Shown piece by piece: positions 38,953 to 47,720 of a stretch of 64,000 nt of DNA; position 1 is the stretch's first letter; every line of letters begins with the position of its first letter. The DNA is from Candidatus Bathyarchaeia archaeon (GTDB lineage Archaea; Thermoproteota; Bathyarchaeia; 40CM-2-53-6). The notes below the pieces were generated by a model. The model saw nothing but the letters and a program-made list of their open reading frames with translations, had not been told where the DNA came from and did not search any database. Location of the stretch: positions 768,001 to 832,000 of the forward strand of contig JBEKFP010000001.1 of assembly GCA_050013255.1 (NCBI GenBank). The letters are read 5' to 3'. The translations under genes and the position numbers were made by a program.

Positions 38953-39063
38953 ATGTCACGGTTTGAGAAAGAAGGTCAACGCCTAATCTGTGACAAATGC
39001 GGTTTTGAACCAAACAGACAAGAAATCTTCGCCTTACACAAAAAGAACTGCCCTCGCATCTAA
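38953..39063 (+). CDS. 36-aa C2HC zinc-finger microprotein (not in ORF track)
   Basis: MSRFEKEGQRLICDKCGFEPNRQEIFALHKKNCPRI: C-x2-C-x12-H-x3-C. Confidence 0.7.
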   Translation: MSRFEKEGQRLICDKCGFEPNRQEIFALHKKNCPRI

Positions 39064-39270
39064 AACCCCTAGCTCAACCCTCAGGAAGATGTCAAAAGAC
39101 CGCTGTTTACGATAACCACCGCTACGTTCAATTATTCGTTAGAAACGCGTCCCACGCGATCGTGAACGCCTCCACACTCGATCCGCGTTTGCATTGATAA
39201 TGGACGAGGCGTCTGAACGATTCGTTCCTTTTCCTTTTATTCGATTTTCCATGCAACGCTGCTTCTAGAG

Positions 39271-39837
39271 GTGAAACGAAAAATGCAAAGAGCAACAAAA
39301 GTTTCGGTTTGCGCGATAGTAGCATCCATGGTTATCGCTGGCCTTGTGCTTTCACAACCCGTCGCCTCTGCAGCCGGCAGCTCAGGGGCATTCAACCCTC
39401 AAACTCAGTTCCCGGTCGGAAGCACAATCACTTTCAATTCTTTGAACGGGGCCGCGGCAGTGCAGGATAACTTCACGAAACCTAAGTTCACACAGTACAC
39501 TGCCTCATTCACCATAACCGCCCAGGTTCTGAACTTCACCAAAGACGGCGGCATTCGTTGGAAGGTACTCAGCGGAACCTTCACGATTAATGGTCAAACG
39601 TACACTGTAACAGGCGGCGACGGACACATGAACGCTTTCGACGAGATTGCGAGCGGAATGGATGGCCAAGCCATAGGCCCTGATGGCTCAACTTACCTAT
39701 GGCACCTCAACGGAATGACCTCACTCTACAACGGTGTGGTTGTAGCCGGACTCAGAGGGGGCATAGCGACCATTGAAAGCAATCACGCAATCCTCCGGTT
39801 CCAGCTTGCCTTCATGGGCGTGATGTCAGCACAGTAA
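39271..39837 (+). CDS. Secreted beta-rich hypothetical protein
   Basis: Basic N-terminus, hydrophobic signal, 'ASA' cleavage site; beta-strand pattern. Confidence 0.75.
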   Translation: MKRKMQRATKVSVCAIVASMVIAGLVLSQPVASAAGSSGAFNPQTQFPVGSTITFNSLNGAAAVQDNFTKPKFTQYTASFTITAQVLNFTKDGGIRWKVLSGTFTINGQTYTVTGGDGHMNAFDEIASGMDGQAIGPDGSTYLWHLNGMTSLYNGVVVAGLRGGIATIESNHAILRFQLAFMGVMSAQ

Positions 39838-39877
39838 GGGGCGACTACTACGCTCCTTACGCCCCAGTTTCTTCTTG
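39834..39877 (+). terminator. Hairpin terminator
   Basis: gtaaggggcg-actacta-cgctccttac followed by tttcttctt. Confidence 0.45.
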
Positions 39878-39969
39878 GCAGCCGTCCTCTCGGCGAATTC
39901 TTAGGGTGCTTGAGGGCTTTGGTATGACTTTAATTCTAAAGACCCCAGCCCTGTCATGGGCCTGGTAAC

Positions 39970-40230
39970 ATGGGGATCCAGATGGAAGGTTTCGTATTCA
40001 ACGATTACTGCTTCCAATGCCAGAGAACGACCGAACACAAAATCCTGCTCGAAGGCAAGGAACTTTTCGGCGCCTGTTCTTCATGCGGGGAAAAGCGAGC
40101 ATTAACTGAGGTAAAACAGGTCTATTACGAGAAAACGGACCTCTGGGTTACGCGATTCAAGATTGGGAATCTTCCCAGCGCTGTTGCGGGCAAACTTCTG
40201 GACACCGTCCGCCGCACAAGGCGAACGTAA
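39970..40230 (+). CDS. Small zinc-ribbon protein
   Basis: 'CFQC..TEH' and 'CSSCG'. Confidence 0.7.
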   Translation: MGIQMEGFVFNDYCFQCQRTTEHKILLEGKELFGACSSCGEKRALTEVKQVYYEKTDLWVTRFKIGNLPSAVAGKLLDTVRRTRRT

Positions 40231-40626
40231 GGGCACAAAACCGCCGCCGTCCATGTCTGTTCAGTTTTTCCGACTACGCCCAAGCGTACGTGCCATGAAA
40301 AGCTGTAGAAAATTCTCGACAGTTTCCACCAGCTCGTCACAGCCGGCAACGGAAAAGTTTCATCGTATTTTTTTGCTGCAGGAATTTTGCATGGAAAATT
40401 GAAAAGCCTGAATCGCAAAATCACATGCAGAAAAAAATGAATTGGGATTTGTTGTAACATTTTGGGTTTGCGCGGGAATGAAAACCAGAATTCGTGATGC
40501 CGCGGGAAATTTTGGTGAAGAATTTTTTCGCGCGGCGTTCAATTATGATGGGGCAATGCTTATATCCGAATTATTTAACTGTATATCAAAGTCGGGAATT
40601 CTTCGGGAGGATCTTGAGTACAAAAC

Positions 40627-41034
40627 TTGTCCGCTAGACCTTACGCTTACAGGCAAATTGTAGCAACGCTTTGCGGATGCCGTTCAGACCTTCTCGACGA
40701 CAAGCTTCTCCTGAATACGACTTTGAAAGCGATCCACAATGCGAACATGGAACTCGCGAAAACGAAAACCACGAACCCACTCGTCTACCGAGTTACCGAC
40801 GACATCATGGGCGGTGGTGTGAGCGTGAACGCTCTCATTACAACAAGCCACCTCACAGTTCACACGTCAAAGATGTATGCTACGGTGGAGTTCGATTGCG
40901 CAACCTGCGGTTGCGATAGTAATCCATGGGCAGCGCTCGAGACCTTCAAACGAATCTTAAGGCCTACGCACGTTACCATGCAATATCAGCATGGTGAGCG
41001 GCCACTGCTAACAATCCCACCCATCAAAGCTTAA
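40627..41034 (+). CDS. Divergent pyruvoyl-dependent S-adenosylmethionine decarboxylase-family proenzyme
   Basis: 'GVSVNALITTSHLTVHT..Y...FDCATCG..NPWAA' aligns with SpeD/SpeH 'GVS....ESH..HTWPE....D.FTCG...P'. Confidence 0.8.
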   Translation: MSARPYAYRQIVATLCGCRSDLLDDKLLLNTTLKAIHNANMELAKTKTTNPLVYRVTDDIMGGGVSVNALITTSHLTVHTSKMYATVEFDCATCGCDSNPWAALETFKRILRPTHVTMQYQHGERPLLTIPPIKA

Positions 41035-41052
41035 GCGAACCGCCCGTAGGGT

Positions 41053-41478
41053 TTACTGCGATTCTTCCTCTGGACTATTATCACTAGCAAACTCAAGTTT
41101 TCTAACCGAGGCACCAATCTTGTCCAACAGGGCTTGTTCCACTCCTGATTCGAGACTCAAAACTACGAGATGAGCTGCTGTCCGGTAGAAGACCAAGGCC
41201 ACTTTATCGTAACGCACAGTAACACGTCTAATTGAGCCGCAGAATGGCCGTAGTTTCTCCGCAGCATCCACGATCAAGGGTGTAGCAATGGTCATAAAGT
41301 CGCGGTCAGTTTGGGCGGGCGTTAGCGAAGAAACTCCTCCCCGCATTCTCGATTCTAGGAGGTCATACTGGTGGTTTAGGATAGCGATGTATCTGATCCG
41401 TTTGTCGAGTTTGAAGATGTTCTCAGTAATTTCTTTGTTGTCGATCAATGTCTCCCAGCGTCTACCCGCTATCTGCAT
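41053..41478 (-). CDS. Roadblock/longin-like archaeal protein (DUF6659-like)
   Basis: 'IFKLDKRIRYIAIL...MRGGVSSL...G.I....VRYDKV....HLVVLSLE'. Confidence 0.65.
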   Translation of the reverse strand: MQIAGRRWETLIDNKEITENIFKLDKRIRYIAILNHQYDLLESRMRGGVSSLTPAQTDRDFMTIATPLIVDAAEKLRPFCGSIRRVTVRYDKVALVFYRTAAHLVVLSLESGVEQALLDKIGASVRKLEFASDNSPEEESQ

Positions 41479-41562
41479 AGATATATGGGCTTGCAGGTCG
41501 GGGATTTTGATGTAAGACTTAATTCAGGCCAACTCCCGTAAGCGCTCAGCGGTGTTCAACCC

Positions 41563-42081
41563 TTGCTCGACTCGACCAAGATACGACGCGAAATATCGAG
41601 ATTGTACGATAAAGACCCTCAAGGTTGGAGGGTCTTGGTCGGTAAGGACAAAACTGGATTCTACGACGTACTGATCTCGCATGGGACGCAGGCTTGGCAG
41701 GTAAAGGAGTACCAAGTTAACCCCTACAAGTTCGTGGGGCTAGGTTCCAGGCTCCCAAACTCAACTCCTGGGCCTTTGATTTCCAACGATAACCCGTTCG
41801 GCTTTAGGCCCGTTGGTATCGAACAAATGAAGGAGCTCGCAGCTTTGATAGATGACCCGAGGGCGGTAAGCGACCTAGCAGTCAAGCTTCTCGCTGAAAA
41901 ACCGGTGAGTTCCACTGAAGCGTTAGAGAGTCCGGGGGTTCTGCACGGGCCCATACTTCATTCTACTAGACCGATAGAGGCCCTCTCCTCTTCTCATACG
42001 AAGCTGGACGAGAAACTGAGAAGGGAGTTGCAGCGGATCGTCAATAGAGAGTTCAGGCACACAATTGCGCCATACATTTGA
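41563..42081 (+). CDS. Conserved archaeal hypothetical protein
   Basis: Clean ORF, protein-like; 'GWRVLVG..D', 'NPYKFVGLG'. Confidence 0.65.
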   Translation: MLDSTKIRREISRLYDKDPQGWRVLVGKDKTGFYDVLISHGTQAWQVKEYQVNPYKFVGLGSRLPNSTPGPLISNDNPFGFRPVGIEQMKELAALIDDPRAVSDLAVKLLAEKPVSSTEALESPGVLHGPILHSTRPIEALSSSHTKLDEKLRRELQRIVNREFRHTIAPYI

Positions 42082-42162
42082 ATGGAAAGCTCTGAATCTT
42101 CGGGGCGCACGGTCAAGGTCGAATGCTTAGGCACCTTAGCATGTAGAATGGAGGCATGAATT

Positions 42163-43347
42163 GTGAAGATAACCAACGTTGACATTTTCCAACTTGGCGA
42201 ACCCGCTGAGACGGGGAGCGCAACATGGGCTGCTAACTCCATTGTCATTAAGCTCACGACCTCCAACGGCCTTGTTGGCTACGGCGAGGCAGTGCCTACG
42301 TTGAGAGTTCAACCAGTGATACAGTCTCTTCGTGAAGTTGCTCGAGTATACATCGGCAATGATCCTTGTGACGTTGAGCGTAATTGGCATGAGTGGCACA
42401 AGCATGACTTCTACCTACCTGTTTCCTTCGAGTCGACAACCGCGGTTAGCGCATTCGACATTGCCTGCTGGGACATCATCGGAAAACAGTTCGGTGCACC
42501 CCTACACCGACTGATAGGTGGGTCGACGAGAACGAAGGTACGCCTCTACTCAAACGGATGGTACAACGATTGCGTGACGCCAAGCCAATTCGCGGAACGT
42601 GCGAAGAAGTTTGCTGGAATGGGTTACACTGGCCTGAAGTTCGATCCCTTCGGGAATTACTATGACTGGATCGATGCGAAAGGGTTGAGCTTAGCGTACG
42701 ACCGGGTTAAGGCCGTGCGGGATGCCACTGGTGGGAGAGTGGAGTTGCTCATAGAGCACCATGGAAGATTTAACCCCAACTCTGCCATCATGATCGCTAA
42801 GAGACTTCGTGAATTTGACCCGCTCTTTATGGAGGAACCAGTTCACCCAGAGAACATAGACGGGCTGAGAAAGTACAGAGAGGCAGTCGATGTTAGAGTT
42901 GCCCTCGGTGAGAGAATCTTAACCAAAGAGCAGGCGGTCAATATTCTCTCGGACAACCTTACTGATTTCCTTCAACCCGACATAACAAACATAGGCGGAG
43001 TAACTCAGGCGTTGAAAGTTGCGGCCATCGCTGAGGCATACGGAGTTGAGATCGCATTCCACAACGCGTTCGGCCCTATCCAAAACGCGGTAACTATTCA
43101 ACTAGACGCGGCCATACCTAACTTCCTGATTCAGGAATCTTTCTACGATGTTTTTCCATCTTGGAAACGGCAATTGGTGAAGGATCAGTCAAGGGTTGAG
43201 AACGGCTACGCCGCCGTGCCAACAAAGCCTGGCCTAGGCGTTGAGGTAGACGAGAAGGTTCTAGAGGATCATAAGGCGGAAGGTCAAGAATACTTCAACC
43301 CAGACGAACCAGTCTGGGTGGTAAAGAACACTTGGAAGAACCCGTAG
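42163..43347 (+). CDS. gad: D-gluconate/D-galactonate dehydratase (enolase superfamily, Sulfolobus GAD type)
   Basis: 'GSATWA', 'GYGEAVPTLR', 'KFDPFG', 'IEHHGRFN', 'EEP', 'GER', 'AFHNAFG', 'EPVWVVK.TW'. Confidence 0.88.
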   Translation: MKITNVDIFQLGEPAETGSATWAANSIVIKLTTSNGLVGYGEAVPTLRVQPVIQSLREVARVYIGNDPCDVERNWHEWHKHDFYLPVSFESTTAVSAFDIACWDIIGKQFGAPLHRLIGGSTRTKVRLYSNGWYNDCVTPSQFAERAKKFAGMGYTGLKFDPFGNYYDWIDAKGLSLAYDRVKAVRDATGGRVELLIEHHGRFNPNSAIMIAKRLREFDPLFMEEPVHPENIDGLRKYREAVDVRVALGERILTKEQAVNILSDNLTDFLQPDITNIGGVTQALKVAAIAEAYGVEIAFHNAFGPIQNAVTIQLDAAIPNFLIQESFYDVFPSWKRQLVKDQSRVENGYAAVPTKPGLGVEVDEKVLEDHKAEGQEYFNPDEPVWVVKNTWKNP

Positions 43348-43506
43348 CATAGGCACGCGCCCGTATTGTTTCTGAGACTCAAAGAGAGCTTGCATACTGT
43401 CTGAAAATCAAATGATTAGAAGGCAATTAACTCGTTTTCAAGTAGGTATTAGTTTGATAAGCAAAGATTTTCTTTTGACTAGGCGCAATCACACACGGGA
43501 CCTCCT

Positions 43507-44355
43507 ATGTCTTGGAAATATACCGATGAATATTACAAGAATTATACACGTGAAACTTGGGACGAGTGTGCAGAAAAGTACATCCCCATAATGCAACAGC
43601 TCAGACCATACCACAAAGCGTTCCTCGAGAGCCTGAAGCCCATGCCTGGTGAAGCCGTACTAGACGTTTGCACAGGGCCAGGTGAACCTGCCATGACAAT
43701 CGCCCAAATGGTGTCACCCTCAGGGAATGTGGTTGGCGTAGACCTGTCGCGCAACATGACGGAAATGGCGTCCAAGACGGCGCAGAAGAGAGAATTATCT
43801 AATGTAAAATTCTTGAACATGGACGCTGAGAAGCTTGATTTTCCATCGAACGTCTTTGATGTTGCAGTTTCATGTTTCGGTTTTCAAATTGTGACTGATC
43901 CTGAAGCTGCGGCGAGAGAAATCTTCAGGGTCCTCAAGCCTGGGGGCAGAGCTGGGTTTACTGTTTGGAGCAGCGGAGACCGGGCTCCAGCCCTCGACGT
44001 CATTATTGGGCCAATGATGGAGCATGCAACCCCAGACGAGAACGGCTACCTACCTACCCCGTATGAATTGGGCGGCCCGGACGAACTTGCAGCGATGTTG
44101 CGGAAACTTGGCTTTGAAAATACCAAGGAGATTCGAATCACAGAGGAGTGGATCGCGCGCGACTCAGAAGAATTTCTTAACACAATTCTTGAAGGAACAC
44201 CGCTCGGACACTCTCTGAGCGAAGAAGACATGGAAATTCAACAGAAGGTTTTGGAAAAAACGAGAGCTAACATAAAACGCTACGCTACTCCTAGCGGTGT
44301 CAGAATCCCCGCGGAATGCGTGCAAGTTTTCGCATCTAAATCAGCCAATGCTTAA
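43507..44355 (+). CDS. Class I SAM-dependent methyltransferase
   Basis: 'VLDVCTGPG', 'GVDLS', 'MDAEKLDF', 'RVLKPGGR'. Confidence 0.88.
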   Translation: MSWKYTDEYYKNYTRETWDECAEKYIPIMQQLRPYHKAFLESLKPMPGEAVLDVCTGPGEPAMTIAQMVSPSGNVVGVDLSRNMTEMASKTAQKRELSNVKFLNMDAEKLDFPSNVFDVAVSCFGFQIVTDPEAAAREIFRVLKPGGRAGFTVWSSGDRAPALDVIIGPMMEHATPDENGYLPTPYELGGPDELAAMLRKLGFENTKEIRITEEWIARDSEEFLNTILEGTPLGHSLSEEDMEIQQKVLEKTRANIKRYATPSGVRIPAECVQVFASKSANA

Positions 44356-44394
44356 TCAACCGTTAGAGTTCGACTGGACCTAAACTCAACTAGT

Positions 44395-44434
44395 GTCTGT
44401 GTGGGTCTAATGCTGCGTACATCTAGATTTGAAC
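44395..44434 (-). repeat. att-like site copy 5, including a degenerate tRNA T-loop/acceptor 3' half
   Basis: revcomp G-TTCAAAT-CTAGA-TGTACGC-A-GCA-TTAGACCCACACAGAC. Confidence 0.65.
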
Positions 44435-44509
44435 GGTTGTTTTTGCTTGCGTTTGTCGACCCCTTTCGTAGAGGAGAGGTTAAGTTATTGAAGTGGACGA
44501 AATCGTTCC

Positions 44510-45514
44510 ATGCAAATCAGGTTTGGCTACAGGGCTGAGGCCGAAGGGCATCCGCCAGATGAACTGTTGAAGTATGCAGCGCTTGCCCACAAGTTCGGGT
44601 TCGATTTCATCCCAATAAGCGACCACTTCCATCCGTGGTTTCACACTAATGCTGCTTGCCCTTTTGCATGGTCATGGATTTCTGCCGCTGCTGCCACGAT
44701 CCCTAACATCAGACTTGGAACCATAGTCACCGCACCGATTGGCAGATACCACCCAGCCGTGATTGCTCAAGCCTTCGCAACAATGGACGCCATGTTCCCG
44801 AACAGAATGTTCCTTGCGCTAGGGACTGGGGAAGCCATGAACGATTCTCCGCTCGGCTACCCCTGGCCGAAATTTCCGGAAAGACTGGAGCGATTAAAGG
44901 AATCTCTAGAGATAATTCGCAGCCTCTGGGCATCCGATTTCGTAAACTATTCGGGCGAGTACTACACGCTCAAGGACGCGAAACTTTACACGAAACCAAA
45001 AGGCCGAATACCGATTTATGTTGCGGCCAACGGCCCACAGGCCGCTAGCCTGGTCGGAAAATATGCCGATGGGTATGCAACGGTCGACCCACTAATGGGC
45101 AACATCAAGAACCTCTGGCCGATAATTGACGGGGCGGCAAAGGAAGCCGGAAGGGACGCGAGCCAGCTCACCAAGAACGTCGAGCTCTTCTTCTCATATT
45201 CTCAGAATTATGACGAAGCCCTAGCCTCCGCGAGGAAATGGAAATCTGCCTTGATACCAAACATACTGAACCTACCCATCCATGACCCCAGGGAACTCGA
45301 AAGGCAGGGAAACGAAATTTCAGACGACGAACTCGCAAAAGTGTGGACGATCACAACGGAAGCTGAACCAATAATCAAGAAAGCCGAGGACGCCATAGCC
45401 TTGGGATACGATGAAATCCAACTCCACAGCGCAAGCCCTTCCGAAGAGAATTTTCTGCAGATGTGCAACAGAGATGTCCTGCCTCAACTCAAACAAGAAT
45501 TCAGTTCAACTTAG
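44510..45514 (+). CDS. F420-dependent LLM-class oxidoreductase (Fgd/Adf, G6PDH-F420 family)
   Basis: 'SDHFHPW', 'RYHPAVIAQAFAT', 'LGTGEAMN', 'AKLYTKP'. Confidence 0.9.
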   Translation: MQIRFGYRAEAEGHPPDELLKYAALAHKFGFDFIPISDHFHPWFHTNAACPFAWSWISAAAATIPNIRLGTIVTAPIGRYHPAVIAQAFATMDAMFPNRMFLALGTGEAMNDSPLGYPWPKFPERLERLKESLEIIRSLWASDFVNYSGEYYTLKDAKLYTKPKGRIPIYVAANGPQAASLVGKYADGYATVDPLMGNIKNLWPIIDGAAKEAGRDASQLTKNVELFFSYSQNYDEALASARKWKSALIPNILNLPIHDPRELERQGNEISDDELAKVWTITTEAEPIIKKAEDAIALGYDEIQLHSASPSEENFLQMCNRDVLPQLKQEFSST

Positions 45515-45641
45515 CGCTTCGTTTCACACACCCGGAACCGAGGGGCCGATCCTCCGCTCGGTTCGTCGAGAGCAACCATTAATGCCCTCCCTACCAGATA
45601 TGTCCAGGTTCATAGTTCCCTTGGATTAGGATTGGATTGCA

Positions 45642-46469
45642 TTGCAAGCTCCGGCACACGTCAAGCCTTGCCCGCTCTGTGGCGAACCCTCAATGTATGA
45701 TGATTTCATGGAATTCTACTACTGCAACCATTGCGATCAGTTCGTTCAATGGTTACCCGACAGCTATGCGCTGATGATTAGCGGCCCGTCTGGGGCTGGA
45801 AAGAGCCCCGCCCTTCATTACTGGTGCGATTTCTATTTGCGGAACAATCGGCCCGTTATCCTCCTCGCATTCGACGACTCCCCGTCAAATCTGCGTGGCC
45901 CCTTGGGAGAATATGTTCACGGCAAATTGCCGGAACACGAGGCCTCTGGCTTAGCGACTCTCGTGGACTGCTACGCGTCGATCGCCGGCGTCACGAGTCA
46001 AGAGAAGTATTCGTTGAAGAACCGCGCTGACCTAAACGAACTAAGCCTTCTAATTACCGACCTACTAACCGAGAAAACAAAGCTTGGAAGCCCCAAGATC
46101 ATTATGGATTCGGCGACGCCCCTCTTTACCTACAAGGACCCACAACTAGTGGTACAATTTCTCACGAGTATGGCGGCCAAGACGAAAGCAAAGGGCGGGG
46201 CTTTCATAGTTTCAATAACCTCAGGCACAATCAACGATGAAGTCTCCAAACGCTTGGAGACGCTCATGGACCTCTTGGTAGAACTTCGAGTCTTGGAAGT
46301 CGACGGGCGCAAGAAACGCCAGATGCGAATTGCCAAAGCAAGGGGCCAACGCGCGTACGAGGATTGGGTACCTATTTACATTGGAACTAAAACGGTTTCA
46401 ATAGACGTGGGAGAGGACCCCGCCAAGTACGAGCGGTTGAAAAAAGCCCTCCGCGGAGCGTCTTCCTAA
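45642..46469 (+). CDS. RAD55/KaiC-like RecA-superfamily ATPase with N-terminal zinc ribbon
   Basis: 'CPLC..CNHC', Walker A 'GPSGAGKS', 'IIMDS', 'RQMRIAKARG'. Confidence 0.85.
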   Translation: MQAPAHVKPCPLCGEPSMYDDFMEFYYCNHCDQFVQWLPDSYALMISGPSGAGKSPALHYWCDFYLRNNRPVILLAFDDSPSNLRGPLGEYVHGKLPEHEASGLATLVDCYASIAGVTSQEKYSLKNRADLNELSLLITDLLTEKTKLGSPKIIMDSATPLFTYKDPQLVVQFLTSMAAKTKAKGGAFIVSITSGTINDEVSKRLETLMDLLVELRVLEVDGRKKRQMRIAKARGQRAYEDWVPIYIGTKTVSIDVGEDPAKYERLKKALRGASS

Positions 46470-46552
46470 CTCATCATTTTCATTTGTTGCCCGCAACACA
46501 TACCCGACGAACTCGATTCCTTGCCGCAGGCTTCACATTTGTACATGGCCAT
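46466..46552 (-). CDS. 28-aa desulforedoxin-like metal-binding microprotein (not in ORF track)
   Basis: MAMYKCEACGKESSSSGMCCGQQMKMMS; GGGGTGA SD 8 nt upstream. Confidence 0.75.
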   Translation of the reverse strand: MAMYKCEACGKESSSSGMCCGQQMKMMS

Positions 46553-46723
46553 TCTGAAACTCACCCCCAGCGTGAATTGCTTGATGCCAACCGATGCCAT
46601 GAATATTCCTGTAACTCTATATGTGGTTTTGCTGTTGCCTGCACGAGCGTTTACGAGAGCGGAATCAGCGAACCTAATTAGGAACCCTCCTTGTTGCGTG
46701 CTCCCAAAAAATACTGATGCGCC

Positions 46724-47719
46724 ATGAACCCCGTAGAAGTTAATGCACTGTCGAAAACCTTCGAAACAAAAGAAGGACCACTGTTTCGTAAGGTTCCTAG
46801 AACAGTAGTTGCAGTAGACGGCATTAGCTTCAGTGTCCCGAAGGGCGAAATCTTCGGTCTTCTAGGCCCGAACGGGGCGGGAAAGACGACGACTATCAAA
46901 ATGCTCTGCACTTTGATAACTCCCACATCCGGCGATGCCTACGTTGCTGGCTTCAGCGTAGCAAAGGAACAGCAGAAGGTTCGGGCCAATCTGGGGGTGA
47001 TGTTGACGGGGGAGCGAACTCTCTATTGGAAGCTAACGGGGCGCGAGAACCTTGAGTATTTTGCAGCCCTATACCATATGGAATCGAGCTACACGAGAAA
47101 GCGCATTGAAGAATTACTCACGTTGGTAGGTTTGAAGGAACGTGAGGGCACGTTAGTTGAGAATTATTCGACCGGGATGCGAATACGCCTCTCCTTCGCC
47201 AAGGCACTTCTTAACGAGGCGCCAGTACTCCTCTTTGATGAACCTACAGCAAGCCTCGACCCTCAATCCTCGCACCTAATCCGGGACATTATTCGGGCTT
47301 TGAAGAAAGGCGGTCATGCAATCATTCTCACAACGCATAACATGGAAGAAGCCGACATTCTAAGCGACCGAGTTGCAATAATCGACCACGGCAAGATCGT
47401 AAGCCTCGGCCCCCCATCAGAGCTGAAGCAGAAGGTGAAGAGCAGTGATGTGATCGAGATTGAGGGCCGCAACTTTTCCGACCAAACCGCTGATGCACTC
47501 CAATCGTTCAGTGAGGTTTCGAAGGCAGCGTATTCCTTGGCTGAGGCCGCTGGCGAGAAGGGGTTACTTCGGATCCATACCGAGAAGGGCAAGGAGGTGT
47601 TGCCGAAAATTCTCGAATTCCTAGTTAGGAAGCAGGCTACCATAACCAAGGTCAGTTTCATCGAGCCCACTCTAGAAGATGTTTTCATAGCCGAAACGGG
47701 CAGGAGCCTGAGGGACTAA
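46724..47719 (+). CDS. ABC-2 exporter ATP-binding subunit (DrrA-like)
   Basis: 'GPNGAGKTT', 'YSTGM', 'LLFDEP', 'TTHNMEEAD'. Confidence 0.93.
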   Translation: MNPVEVNALSKTFETKEGPLFRKVPRTVVAVDGISFSVPKGEIFGLLGPNGAGKTTTIKMLCTLITPTSGDAYVAGFSVAKEQQKVRANLGVMLTGERTLYWKLTGRENLEYFAALYHMESSYTRKRIEELLTLVGLKEREGTLVENYSTGMRIRLSFAKALLNEAPVLLFDEPTASLDPQSSHLIRDIIRALKKGGHAIILTTHNMEEADILSDRVAIIDHGKIVSLGPPSELKQKVKSSDVIEIEGRNFSDQTADALQSFSEVSKAAYSLAEAAGEKGLLRIHTEKGKEVLPKILEFLVRKQATITKVSFIEPTLEDVFIAETGRSLRD

Positions 47720-47720
47720 A

